Origin: Gracilinanus agilis
Lineage: Eukaryota
Length of the DNA: 64,000 nucleotides
Direction: 5' to 3'
NCBI RefSeq assembly: GCF_016433145.1
Contig: NC_058132.1
Span: 92,026,251 to 92,090,250 of the forward strand
Under the pieces are notes generated by a model. The model saw only the letters and a list, made by a program, of their open reading frames with translations. It did no database searches and was not told the DNA's origin. Numbering within the stretch: the first letter of the stretch is position 1; each line of letters starts with the position of its first letter. This document shows, one piece after another, positions 51,197 to 64,000 of the stretch. Made by a program: the position numbers and the translations under genes.

Positions 51197-52589
51197 CTAA
51201 AAAGGGAGCAAAGGAGGGTCAACACCAGCTTGGACAAAAGCCACATAGATAACTCTTCCCCACCAAATTCCATATGACTGTGATGCCCCAAGGTAATAAT
51301 CTAAGGTAATCCTCTAAATACAAACTGGAAGGAGTCTTAGGAGAAGCTAGTCCAATCTGTACCAAAAAAATCTGTACCTACAACAGTCCTGATAATCACT
51401 CAGGATCTATGAGAAAATTAAATCTTCCTCAAACAACCCTTCCCACTGCTCCCAGATCTGCCCTATGAAGGCAAATCAAAGATGTCTGATCCTTCCTCCT
51501 CTACAAAGCTTCAAATATTTAAATATTTATTTCCAATATTTAAAGACAATTATCATGATCTTCCACTCCACCCGATCCACCCTCCCCAAGGCCCCCCAAA
51601 ACGTCTCAGGTTTTTACTTGTTTAAGAAATGTTCAGCTCATATTCACAACCTCTATGGACCACCTTGGCTTTAATAAGTTAGCTTTCACCTAATATTGCA
51701 CAAAACCACCTGACCCACCACCATCCTGATACATTCATACTGTAGTTTCCTCTCCCTAGTGCCTCTTTCCCCCCCCACCCCAATAGAATAGAAGCTCCTG
51801 AACTTTAAGGACTGTCCCAATTGCAAGTACTTGTAACCCCAGCTTATAGCACACTATCTGGCTTAGAGAGATTAATAAATGCTTTATCTCCTTATCTATA
51901 TGGAAGGACTGTGATAAGAAAGAGGAAAGCAAGCTGCTTCTGCTTAGACATAGGAGATGTAACTAGGACCAGTTGGTAGAAATTGCAAAGGGAGACTTTG
52001 GCTTCAAATAAGGAAAAGCTTCCTAACAGTAAGAGCTATCCCAAAATAGAATAAGCTGTTTCATAACAGATGTTTGTAGAGTTCGTTAGCTGTGAATTCT
52101 CTGTCCCTAGAAAAATTCAAGCAGAACCTAAATCACTTGTTGGGAGTTCCTGTTAAGGTAAAAGTTGGAGGAGGTTCTTACCTCTGAAATTATGTGATTC
52201 TAACTACTCTAGCCATCAAATCATGAATAGTGGGCCTATCCCTTCAAAGGATACTTAAAGACATTAGTTAAATCCTTTCCCTTTCTCTAGCCTGTTTACT
52301 CACCTATGAAATGAGGCAGAACTATAGTCCTTTACAATGCACATGCTCACCCACACAATCTGTTGTCTCTGCCTTGCAGTCTATGACCCTGTTTTTTTCT
52401 CATTAAATCTCCAATCTCTCCACCCCTCAGTTCTTTCCCAGGCCATCACCCCAGCACTGGCTACCCTTTCTTCTGTTCTACATCTTGACCTTTTAAATGA
52501 ACCAGTTCAACTGTATTCTTTCCTCTTCTCTCCAGTACCTTGCGAAGTTGTCCTGTCAAGCCTCAGCCCTGGATTACTCCCATCATCCA

Positions 52590-54473
52590 CTGCCTTTTTT
52601 CTGTATTAATGCTACTGAATGAAACTGGAGAAAAGCACAAAACCATACAGAGTCCATTACAAACTGAGGCTATAGAATTTCACTTGGGCCCTCACTACTC
52701 CAAGACAATCCTTTTACATCTCTATTTAATTTACTAAATTCAACAGAATCCATTTTCCCAAACCTTTTCATCTCTCTTCTCATCAACTTCTTGGTTGAGA
52801 AGCCTACCTCACATTTCACTAAAACAAAACAAAATAAAAACATTCACCAAGCACTTCATCTCTACCTCAACTCAGATCACTCACCCTTTTATAATTCTTA
52901 CTCTCACTGATCTTGAATGTCTCTCCCTACCTCAAAAATCTCTCACCTGATCCTAGCTATGGATCATCCTATTGCTTCCCTTTTGTGGGTAAATTCCTTG
53001 AGAAGGCCAAAACAAATAGTATCTCTAACTTCCTTTTTGCTCTCTTAACTACAGTTTGGATTCCTTCTTATCATTCAATGGAAAGTTCTCTTCAAAGTTA
53101 CTAATGATCTTTTAATTGTCAAAACTAATGGCCTTTTCTCAATCCTTATTCTTCTTGCCTTTTCTGCAACCTTTGATACTGCTGATTACCTTTTTTTTTT
53201 TTTTTTAAACCCTTGTACTTCGGTGTATTGTCTCATAGGTGGAAGATTGGTAAGGGTGGGCAATGGGGGTCAAGTGACTTGCCCAGGGTCACACAGCTGG
53301 GAAGTGACTGAGGCCGGGTTTGAACCTAGGACCTCCTGTCTCTAGGCCTGACTCTCACTCCACTGAGCTACCCAGCTGCCCTGATTACTTTTTTTTCCTA
53401 GATACTCTCCTAATTTGGGTATACTTCTCTCTCCTGGTTTCCTTCTACTTGTCTGACTAATCCTCCTCAATTGCCTTTGCTGTATATTCATCCAAGACAT
53501 ACTGGATAAGGGAGATCTCATCAGCTCCCATGGATTCAATTATAAATCTCCATATAGATGATTTTCAGTACTAATCTTTAGAACTCATACCTCCAACTGC
53601 ATATCCTTTGAACATCTTAAACTTAATATATCCAAAACTACTCATTTCCTTTCCTTCCAAACCTTCCCCTCTTCCTAGCTTCCCCATTACTATCAAGATA
53701 CACCAACCTCCCAGGCCCTTCAGCCTCAAAACCTCAATATCATCTTCATTTCCTCACTCTTACTCCCATTTTCAATCATTGCCAAAGCCTATCTATCTAC
53801 CTTTCTGGCACTTGTTTAATACACTCCTCTGACACTGCTACCACCTTGATGCCAGACTGGACTACTGCAAAGTCCTTCCAATGGGTCTTTCTGCCTCAAA
53901 TCTTTCCCCACTCAGTCCATACGCAGACTCTGCTGTCAAACTGATCTTTCTGAAGTTCAAATCTGATCATGTTACTCTCCTAGTCAATCAATTCTAATGG
54001 TTATTACCTCCAGAATTAAATGTAAAATCTCTTACCTGACTCTTAAAAGCTCTTCCATTACCTGGTACCTCCCTCCCTCTCCAGTCTTACACTTTACTCT
54101 CTCCTATATATTCTAAGATCCAGTAACACTGGATCCATCTCTATATACCATGCATTTTTTGTATGTCTTCCTCCAAGCCTGGAATTCTCTTCTTCCTCAT
54201 CTTAGCTTCCCTGCCTTCTTTCATGTTCCAGCCAAAATCCTCCTGCAAGAAGCCTTTAGTGTTCACCCTAAATACTAAAGCCTTCCTTCTGAGCAAGCTC
54301 CAATTTTTTCTGTATATATTCTTCATCCTCATTATATATGTATATACCTGTTTGCATATAGTCTCTCATATAGTTAGACTGTGAGTCCTTGGAAGCAGAG
54401 ACTGTTTGGATCCCTAGCACTTAGCACACTGCCTGTCACATAGCAGGTACTTAATAAATGCTTGTTGACTTGA
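52590..54473 (+). mobile_element. L2 LINE fragments in LAMTOR1 intron 1
   Basis: Pyrimidine-rich L2 ORF2/3' text ending in the L2 terminus cacatagcaggtacttaataaatgcttgttga. Confidence 0.7.
53191..53381 (-). mobile_element. Full-length young SINE-1-like element inside L2
   Basis: Poly-T 53191-53206, complete head; TSD-like TGATTAC(C)TTTT on both sides. Confidence 0.93.
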
Positions 54474-57099
54474 AGTACAAGAAACTAAAGATTTTTTCTT
54501 AATTCGCTTTAGAAAGCAAAATAGGATAAGATAGGATTTGGTTAAACATTAAAAAAAAACATGCTACAGATACTCAAGAAACTTGAGAAGTAAAGAAAGA
54601 CCTTCTAGGATTTTGGAATTTGAGATGGGCCTTAAAGGAGAGAGTAGGATTCAAATAGATAGAGGTGAGGTACTCCAGGTCAGAAGCACACACAACACAG
54701 GCAAATGTAGTCCAGAGATGGGATTGCAGAAGATATACTGGGACAATCAAGGGCAGTGGAGAAAATCAGGCTGGCTTAAAGCAGCAAGAACTCACTTTGT
54801 AAACTCAGCCCTCTTACTGCTACCTATGTGGCCTGAGCCAGTTAATCCCTACCCTTCTGGGCCTTAGTTTTGGATTAAATGGCATCCTTTCAGGTCTAAA
54901 TCTAAAAGTTGAGGACAAGGCTGGAGCTAAAGTGGGAAAAGATTAAAACAAGTTCCTGGAACCACTGGCTGGGCAACTTAGATTTCATATACCAAAACTC
55001 AGCTATACTTCCTCTCTCTGAAACTCAGTTTCCTCATTTATCAAGCAAGAAGGGTTGAACTAAATAACTACTTACATTTCCAAAGCTAAGTCTTAAAAGT
55101 AGCTTCCTCAAAACAATCCTGTAAGTAGTGCAAGTATATGATAAGTCACTTATTTAGAATCAGGATATAAACACAGGTCTTCGGATACCCAGTTCAATAT
55201 TATTTTTACTCTATATTCCTAATGTTCTTTCCAAATATAATCTGGTGATCCTGTAAGTAGGTAATGAAGATTTTAATGCAATGAGGGAGATACCCATGAG
55301 CTTCCTGTAGCTTATGGAAGATAGATTAGAGAAATCTAAAGCAGGGAAGTAGTAAGGAGACTTATAATAGCCTAACCATGACTGGAAGTCATTCCTGCCC
55401 AACTGTACTTCTCTCAACTTCATCTTGCTCCCAGGAACCTCCTCATCCTTCAAGATCACATCAAGCCTGGAACTCACCCACCATCAATACCCTATATGCC
55501 CCCAGGAGCCTTTTCCCCACACTCTGATCAGAGCAGAGGGCTCCTCTGTACTTCATTGCATCTCCTATCTCAGCTTCCTTTATGTGTAGTCTTCCCCATT
55601 AGATTGTGAGCTCCTTTAAAACTACTTTGTATCCCAGCCTTTAACACAGTGCTTGGCACATAGCAGGTGCTTACTAAATGTTAACTGACTGGCAATGGCC
55701 ATGCTAAGTAATGCTCAGGCATACTTCAGAGAGATAGCACTAGATAATACCCACCAATTATTCTAAGTGAGGCTGTAAGGTGTCTGTACCAATCATTCCC
55801 ATCAAATAGCACTGCACACAGTACTTCCCTAGCAGACCCAAAGGCTCCAGAGCCACTGGATCCTTGAGAACACAAGTCTGTACTCTCTGACCCAAATTAC
55901 ATTTCCCTATTCTCTAAACTGAGTATTCCTAATCTCTTCAACCTTTCTACATTTGACATGGCTTTTAATCCTGTAACTACCCAATTACCCAACTCCAAAC
56001 AAATTTCAATGTTCTTAAAGAATAGCTTCCAGAACTGAACACAAAACTAGCTGTGGTCTGATCATTGCAGGACATGGCAGGTCCCCATGACTTTCCATAT
56101 TCCATACTTTTAGAATTAGTTATTCGCAAGATGTTCATGTTTACTATTATTATTCTAGGTCTCTCCTATGCTTATTCAATTGATGTTTTTATCATAAGTG
56201 CAATTTTTATATCTAGAATAATGGAATTCAAAGCTTGGTGGTATTTCAATATTCAGCATTTTCTTGGTCATCCTTAATCTTGGTGCCTTTCCTCTGAGAC
56301 TACTCTCATTTTATCATATTTATCATGAATTTATGGTTTGTACAGGGTTGTTTGCTTGTTTTCTCCCTGAATAGACTGCAGGCTCCTTGAGAGCAGGAAC
56401 TATATTTTGTTTCCTCAGCTCTTGGTCTAGTGCTTGACACATAATAGGGGCTGAATAAATGTTTATTGACTGACAGTGCCTTTCTATATGTTTTTAAAAT
56501 TTTTCTCTTTACGTCATAGTCAATTGCGGCTTTCAGGATTTAGATGAGGAAGGGGATAATGTCCAAAGGGAGGGGTTTTCATTGGACATCATGGAGCAGT
56601 CACTCCTCAATGCACTTATTATGAATTGGTTTCTCTATGTATTTCATCCCCTACTAGATTAACAGTCTCCTTTAGGATGTTACTTTAAACCTTATGGTCC
56701 CCCAAGCAAGAACACTATGCTCTGGTGATCTGCACAGGGAAAACAGATGAACTAAAAATTACTTTGTTTAATTAATGATGATAGTAGCAACAATGGAAAG
56801 ATAGAAAAGAGCCTAGAAGCTTCAAGCTATCAGGATTGGTCAGATAGGCAGAAATCCGAGGCAGACATGATGGACTTGGAAATTTATTAGTTTCCTGAGG
56901 ATCAGAGTTAGAAAGGGTTTCTCAACTTTTTTTACATTGTCCTAGGGGAAAAAAAAAAAAAAGAACATTCCTGAGTCTTCTGAAGGCAGAGGGAATTAGT
57001 TCTAAACAGCTCAAGCTTATAGGAAATTGCACAGAGATGCAAAATAAGACCAAAAAAATCCTTATAAGATATGGATCAGTTTACATGAAAAAAAAAAAA

Positions 57100-57590
57100 C
57101 AAAAACTGGTGACCACAAACTCAATGTTAGTAAGCAGTGGCAGAAATTATATCTCCTTGCTTGAGCTGCATTCAGAGAATAAGAGTGTCATGCTACCTCT
57201 GCCTTTTTCTCTATCTAAGAATTATGTTCTGATTGAGGCAAAGACAATGACAAACTGTCCAAGAAAGTTACAAGGACTGGGAAGGAACTTCAGACCATAT
57301 ATTTAGGAGTTTAAAAATTTAGAGATGTTTAGCCAGGAAAAGGGAAGACTCAAAGGGTATATGATTACTCCCTTTAAATATCTACAGAACTGTCTTAGGA
57401 GGGACAGATTTGTCTTAAATAGCCCCAGAAGGCAGTAGAAGGACCAAATCAAAGGAAATCACAAAAATGCACATTTTTATCCAATATAAAGAAGAGTCAA
57501 AACTGATATGCAACAAAATAGGCTCCCAAAGGAGGGATCAAATTTCCCATGACTGGAATGTCCAGAGGGAAAGAGTGATCAAAAGCCAGT
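57100..57590 (+). mobile_element. CR1/L3 3' fragment
   Basis: gaccacaaactcaatgttagtaagcagt..gatgtttagccaggaaaagggaagactcaaaggg..tttaaatatct, CR1 3' ORF2 signature. Confidence 0.55.
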
Positions 57591-58679
57591 TGGCCTAAGC
57601 CTTACATGAGGGAATTCTCCAGAAAACACCCCTCAGACAACTGACTAGCAACCAAGAATTAAGACAACAGAATCCCACTCCTTAACCTACATTTTACTTA
57701 AAATAATGGCTGGTCTCTGTCAAGATCAGTAGTACTCTGAGGGAGGAAAGTCTTGCCAGGCTTCAGATTACCCACATACCAAGTGAGGTTTATAATGCTG
57801 CCATTCCGACCTTGTGGCTGTTGGAGAAAGCAGTATAAAATAGTAAGAACATGGGCTCTGGCCTCACAGGACAATGTTTCAAACCCTGCTTGATTCTTAT
57901 ACCTATGTGGACTTGGTCAAGTGAATCAACTTCTTTGGGCCTCAATTTCCTCAACTATAAAATAAAGGGAGCTTATTTTAATAGTAATGGGCAGGCAGGT
58001 GGCACAGTGGATAGAGGGTTGGGCTTGAAGTAAGAAAGATATAATAAAACAATCCCTTCAAACTTACACTCGGAACAAACATGTTGAGGTGATTGTAGAA
58101 TGAATAGAAACAAAGGGGAGAGATATGGAAGTAGAACTGAAAAAACCTGATGCCAAAATCAATATGGTGGAGAGTTAAGAATTAAGAGAATCTTGAGGTT
58201 GCAGTCCTGAGTGATGGCAAGCATGGAGTAGGTAATGTGGACAAAACCAGGAATGTCCTAATGAACATGAAAGGTTTGGGGGTGGGAGGGAGCAAAGGAA
58301 AGATGATAATGAGATTATTCTGGAAATGGTGAAATTAAAATGCCTAGGGACATCCAGTTGGAAATGTTCAACTGACAGGACAAACTAGGCCTGAAGAGGA
58401 AGACCAGGGCTAAATATGTACATCTGTAAGTTATCTGAATAAAGATGTGACAGTTGAACCTATACATGGGAGCTGATGGGAACCCCTGAGAGAATGTAGG
58501 GGGAGAAAAACAGCTTTCAATATCACCCATGATGTAGAGGTTGGAATATTAAATGATTCGGCAAAGGAGCTTATAGGTGAGAGAATACCCATGAGAGATT
58601 GGTGTCAGAAAAACTGAAGGAAGAAAGAATATCCAGGACAAGGTGGGCAGTCCAGAGGGGTCAAGAAAGATTATTAAGA

Positions 58680-59555
58680 ACTATAAAACTTGGAAAAAGT
58701 GTTTTAAGTCCCTCCTGATGAGAGAAATGCAAACCAAAACAATGCTGAGGTACCACCTCACACCTAGCAGACTGGCCAATATGGCAGCAAAGGAAAATGA
58801 TAAATGTTGGAGGGGACGTGGCAAAATTGGGACACTAATACACTGCGGGTGGAGTTGTGAATTAATCCAGCATTCTGGAAGGCAAATTCAGAATTATGTG
58901 CAAAGGGCTTTAAAAAGACTTCCTGCCCTCTTTGATCTAGCCATACCCCTGCTAGGTTTGTACCCCAAAGAGATAAGGAAAAATACTTGTACAAAAATAT
59001 TTATAGCCATACACTTTGATGTGGTAAAAAATTGGAAAATGAGGGGGTGTCCATCGATTGAGAAATGGCTGCATAAATTGTTGTATCTGTTGGTAATGGA
59101 ATATTGTTGTGCAGAAAGGAACAAAGAAATGGAGAAATTCCATGTGAACTGGAAAGACCTCCAAGAATAATTGATGGTAGAGCGAAAGGAACAGAACCAG
59201 GAGAACATTATACACAGAATCTGATACATTGTGGCACAATAGAATGTAATGGACTTCTCTACTAGCAGTAACGTAATGACCCAGTACAATCCAGAGGAAT
59301 TTAGGAGAAAGAATGCTACCAACATCCAGAGAAAGAACTGTGGGAGCAGAAATGCATTACAAAAACATATGATCAATCACATAGTTCAATAGGGATGTGA
59401 TTACAGTTCTGATGTTTAAGGATCACTCTACTGCAAATATGAATAACATAAAAATAGATTTTCAACAATGATACATGTATAACCCAGTGGAACTGCTTGT
59501 CATCATGATCATGAATCATGTTATGGAAAAATATTCTAAACAAAAATTTTTTAAA
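58680..59555 (+). mobile_element. 5'-truncated L1 3' end
   Basis: ORF 58643: MREMQTKTMLRYHLTPSRLANM..DKCW..FDLAIPLLGLYPKE is L1 ORF2 C-terminus. Confidence 0.9.
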
Positions 59556-61117
59556 ATTGCCTTTCAGTAGTGACAGCCTGAGGGCAGCTAGGTGGAACAG
59601 TGGAAAGAGTAACTGGCTTGGACCCAGAAAGACCTGAGTTCAAATCCGACCTGACACTTAATGTGACCCTGGCAAGTCATTTAAACCTGTTTGCCTTAGC
59701 TTCCTTTTCTGTAAAATGAATTAAAGAAGGAAATGGCAAACCAATTCAGTATCTTTGTCAAGAAAACCCGTAAGGGGTCAGGAAGAGCCAACACACCTGA
59801 ACAATGGAAAAACCAGCAACAGCTTAGTTGAGATCAGTCAGAGAGGTTATATAACTTCCTCCATTGCCATTCAGCAGGGGGATTAAGTAAAAGCAGGGAA
59901 GACAGAAGGTAAAGATAATCCTGTTAAGATTTATTAAGACATGAGTTCTGAGGACAAAGGGGTGACAGATTTCAAAGAAAAAGATAAATTTATTGTTTTA
60001 TTAGTTAAGGATAGGGTCAAGTTTGGGAAGAGAAAATAAACCCAGAGCAGAGAACATAGAAAACACTGAGGGATAGAGGGCCTGGAAATTATAAAATATT
60101 AGGTTTAGAAGTGAGGGACAAAGATTGATAGGAATAGAAGGTTATAAACAAATTGGCTAGATAACCCCAAGTTAGTTTTCTGAGCACTGCTTACGGATCT
60201 TCCCAATCTGAGTTATTATGAAGATAAAATGAGTAAAAGACTATATAAATGGAACTATTATGACTACAGAAAACCTGAAGACAGGAAAGCACTATATAGA
60301 AAAAATTCAATCACCTTCCCATACCCAACTTTTTCACTTTATGCTTTAGTGACTCAATCCCTTCACCTCACCTATCCCCCCCCCTCATGCTTCCAATCTC
60401 AGGTTCTTAATCCCATTTCCCAAATTCCTTCTGTTCTACTTGCTTCCTAACATTTCACAACCCATGACTGTTGCTTTCCCCTTCTTTTCAAGTCCTAGAG
60501 TCTCCATCTTTATCTTGCTTTTCTTCCTCTCCCTCCAGACCTCGATCTCTCCAAACAAATCCATCCAGGGTCTCCATATCTATTCTCTCTTCCTTGACCT
60601 TTCCACTCCATATCTCCAAGCCCTTCTAGAACCCTAGTCCACTTCTCTCTTTCCAAGCCCCCTCACTTCTCTCCAGACCACAGGGATCCTTTTTCGATTC
60701 CCACAATCGTGATCCAGAGCTTGTTCCTCCTCGGCACCCTAGACCTTTTATTTCTCACAATCCGAAATAGAGTTTTATAAGCCAAAATGCATGTCAGTTA
60801 TTATTCCTTTCTTTCCTCGCTTTTATCTCTTGTAGGAAATGCACTGCCCGCTCCCCAGGTTCTATATCTCTCTAAACCCTAACAACCTCTTCCCCCAACC
60901 CCCCAGTCTCCCCGAAGCCTCCTCTTCTAGTTCCAATTCAACGCTACCCTTCAGATTTCTCAACTTCCCAGTCTCTTTTCTCAGCTGCCCAGCTCCTCCA
61001 GATTCTTGCCAGCCCCAGCCCAGTACCTCACTCTTGGGGCCTCCCAAGACCTATCCGACTCCCTCCAGCCTGTTAGGCCTCCCCCTGCACTCCCGGCGTC
61101 CCCCACTGTGGTTGCAC

Positions 61118-61159
61118 CTGGTCCGAGTCCTCGTTGTCACTGCTGTAGCAGCACCCCAT
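61118..61159 (-). CDS. LAMTOR1: LAMTOR1 exon 1 coding part
   Basis: gccccggccATGG Kozak; MGCCYSSDNEDSDQ (myristoylation/palmitoylation N-terminus); donor CAG|GTGCAA; total CDS 486 nt = 161 aa. Confidence 0.96.
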
Positions 61160-61199
61160 GGCCGGGGCCAGCTCCGGAAACTCAGATGGAGGGGCTCGG

Positions 61200-61800
61200 C
61201 GTCCAACAGGAGCCCTTTCTCGTCACATGACCCGCGAGAACGGCCCGCAGGCTCCCACCGGCCGCCCCAAAGCCACCGCCACCGCCGCAGCCACAGGCAG
61301 ATTCTGCAGGCGATCTGCTTCCGGTGTCGGAAACTCGCTCCGACCCTCCCCACTTCGTCTCACCCACTCTCATGTGACTGCTTGTTAGCCATGTGACAGG
61401 AGAACAGCCAATACGAGGGCTCCGTTCTTAGATGCTTTCCGCCCTCCTCCAGATCTAGGGCAGTCAATGAGCGGCTTTTCCTCTCTTCCCAATTGTCTCC
61501 GGAAAGCTGAAAATAACCCCCGACCTCCCCTGCTCACGTGCCACTACGCAACCAATAGCAGACTCATTGATCTTCTTTGCCACGTGACAACCAGAGGCCA
61601 ATAAGAGGACCCTCCTTTTTCTCCTTTCCTTCTATCTCATCCCAAGGGATCACCAGTTCCCCTTAGGGAGCAACTTGTTTTGTTTCGCTGTCCCGGGGAC
61701 CACGTGCTCGGAAGCAGCCAATAAGAGATGGAGCCGGTGTAAACCCCAATTTCACGTGATGTCTGAGGGTCTCCGGATTAAAGGTGGCCCTCAGTTTTTT
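61200..61800. promoter_or_regulatory. LAMTOR1 CpG-rich promoter with E-box (CLEAR/M-box) and CCAAT array
   Basis: CACGTG at 61535, 61581, 61701, 61753; CATGTG/CACATG at 61224, 61371, 61390; CCAAT at 61408, 61552, 61598, 61718, 61746. Confidence 0.85.
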
Positions 61801-62829
61801 TCATCCTGCCTGGGGGACATTTTCCTACCTTTTTCCCAGGGCGCTAGAAACCTAAGGTTTAAGTTCCCATCCAGGCAAGTTGAGACTTGAAAGCCCAAGA
61901 CCTCTGCAGCCCGAGGGCTCCTGGCACAGCCCACTCGTAGCCGCCTCCAGAAAGCTTCCCCAATTGGAAGAGACTGCGTAAGGGCAAGGGCAAGAATGCT
62001 AGATGGCTGTGGATATGCATTCTTGTACATAGTAGAAGTTGTATTCCTCCCACATCTTTGCATCTCTAGGGACCCTGCTATTTCGAAGGTACTATGGACT
62101 TTGGTTATCTTTTTTAGAATCCGGTACTACTCCCTGCAGACTTTGGAAAGAAGCCTTTATTCTAGGGAGTGCCTGTTGAAACTAGGAAAACATTGTACAC
62201 TGTAACAGCAATATTGTGGACCTATTATATGTGATAGATTTTGCTGATCCAGAACAATTCTGAGGGACTTACAAAAAAGAAAAAGAATGCCGTCCACTTC
62301 CTAAGAACCCGTTGGAGTAGTAATGCAGATGAAAGCATATGATTTATCACTTGTTTGTATGTATATATGTTTTGGGGTTTTGGTTTTATAAGGTGACTCA
62401 CAAAAAGGAATAATATGGGGGAAAGTGCCTATTGGATATTTCCTAAGGAAAATGTTTCAAAAGTTCGTTTGGTTTCTCTTAAAGCAAATCACTGGTAGCT
62501 GATTATGCTTCCATATAAAATAATTGTAACCAGTTTATACCCTTTTTCTAGTTTACTTTTTGGAATTCACAATTTCTTTAAATAGGTCAGGTTGGAGTCA
62601 TAATTGCTTGCCATCTTTTTCCTGAGACTATCAAAAGAGAACAAAACTAAGCAAAGGTACTGTATCTCATATTTATCTTTATGACCTTTAAGAATATTTT
62701 AGAGTTCTAAGACATTTTTATCTCCCTATTAGCATGTAAACAATTCATCCTCACATAATACATCCAACGGGATCAAATATATATATATATACACACACAC
62801 ACATATGCATATATATATGTATGGATATC

Positions 62830-63400
62830 TTTCTGTTAGCCTTAGCTCTTGGATTTCCAGTTCAAAAATGTATAATCAGTACAGATCTTTTTATCAGCAG
62901 TGTTTGAAAATCCTCTATTTCATGAAAATTCCACTTTTCCTCTGTAAGATTATACTTACTTTTGCTGGATAGATTCTTCTTGCTTATAGCCTTTATCTTT
63001 CCTCTTCTGGAATATTATAATACAAGCTCTCCTCCCCTTTGTGGTAGCATTTGCCAAATATTGTATAATCCTGACCATGGCTTGTTGGTACTTGAACTCT
63101 TTATTTCTGACCACTTGTAATATTTTTTTCTTTGGCCTAGAAGTTCTGGATTTTGGTTCTGATGTTGCTAGTAACCCCTTTTTTTAAGGAGGTGACAGTA
63201 AATTTTTTCTATTTTCAGTTTGCATTCTGGTTCTCAGGGTTCTAGGTTTTCATTTATGATTTTCTAATATATAATCCAAGCTTTTTTTTTGTCCTGATTT
63301 ACAGATACTCTGATAATGCTTAATTATCTCTCCTTGACCCTTTTTCCAAGTCAATTGTGTTTTATATTTTATTTTTTTCTAATTTTTAAAATTTGTTTTA
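62830..63400 (-). mobile_element. Old L1 ORF1-region fragment
   Basis: Reverse L1 ORF1-like text (ttttgctggatag..ttctggaatatt..ataatcctgac..ggtacttgaactc); preceded by (TA)n(CA)n at about 62777-62822. Confidence 0.6.
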
Positions 63401-63429
63401 ATATTTCTTCTTGTCCCTTTGAGTCCTTT

Positions 63430-63900
63430 TTTAAAATTCAACAATTCTAATATTCAAGGCATTCAATTCTTAGACAAAGTAACAAGAGGGCTTCTGCAAG
63501 CAACATTCAATAATGGTACATATCTTTGCCATTTTGAAATTAAATGAAAGATGAAGAAATATAAAATTCCATTGTCTTTACTGTTCATTCAGAAAAGCAT
63601 TTGTTTCAGAATAGCAAAATATTGCCTTAGAGGATTCTTTGCAACAAAGTCATCCATCTATACATCAAAATCATTCAAGATTCTTTGAGAGATGTAAAAG
63701 AAATAACACTGATCATAAATATCAGGCAAAGTAGATTAAACAAGAAAATGCTCCATAAAAGTGCTTATCCCTGTAATGGAAGAAATGTTCTGCAGAGTCC
63801 ATGTTGAAGACAGTGTTTCTATATAGATGATAAAAGACCTTGAAACATTCCTATTTATCAAAGGCATTGTACTCATTGTCTGATTTCAAGACCTGCAACT
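63430..63900 (+). mobile_element. Decayed RTE-type LINE reverse transcriptase fragment
   Basis: catacatcaaaatcattcaagattcttt..atcagg..aaacaag..tgttctgcagagtccatgttgaaga..ttcctattt..attgtactcatt, positions equivalent to the RT motifs G.KQGD and LFADD. Confidence 0.5.
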
Positions 63901-64000
63901 GACCTACACTAGCTGTGATAACATGGGTGGGTCACTTAATAATTAAGAGGGTGTTTTCCACACTCATAGTTCACAACATGAATATAATCACATGTCCAGA

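Noticed and set aside
60839-61396. 185-aa + ORF and other overlapping ORFs across LAMTOR1 exon 1
   Set aside because: Low-complexity Pro/Ser/Arg products typical of GC-rich promoter DNA; no homology
61800-64000. TOMT or ANAPC15 coding exons expected from synteny
   Set aside because: No matching peptide seen; region is mostly L1/RTE remnants; the genes may lie beyond the window
1-64000. CRISPR arrays, rRNA, functional tRNA genes or prokaryote-type operons
   Set aside because: Recurrent sequences are dispersed SINE/L1 copies; tRNA-like A/B boxes belong to SINE heads; the DNA is mammalian

Overview
Marsupial genomic DNA, most likely opossum (Monodelphis-type SINEs, L1 3' ends and hAT MITEs), from the NUMA1-LRRC51-LAMTOR1 locus. 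Two complete spliced genes can be reconstructed with GT-AG boundaries and consistent phases. LRRC51 (+) has 4 coding exons at 42916-48199 and encodes 193 aa. LAMTOR1 (-) has 5 exons at 49180-61159 and encodes 161 aa. Their 3' ends converge. Bases 1-38478 are inferred, from eutherian synteny and a strong donor at 38479, to be the repeat-rich 5' intron(s) of NUMA1 (-). NUMA1 shares a CpG-rich bidirectional promoter with LRRC51. This intronic region holds a decayed TRAPPC2L retrocopy, a U6 pseudogene, five hAT MITEs with TA-centred 8-bp target sites, solo LTRs and deeply nested L1/SINE insertions. The most notable observations are: (1) the alternative-frame ATG that starts human LRTOMT2 is present but closed by TAG after four codons; (2) the LAMTOR1 promoter has a fixed-spacing E-box-N11-CCAAT array; (3) the LRRC51 leader has stacked uORFs; (4) there is a direct-inverted-direct micro-triplication at about 14.1-14.4 kb. 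I see no evidence for a wholly new multi-gene system. Repeat family names are from recalled consensus features, not a library search, and repeat boundaries without target-site duplications are approximate.
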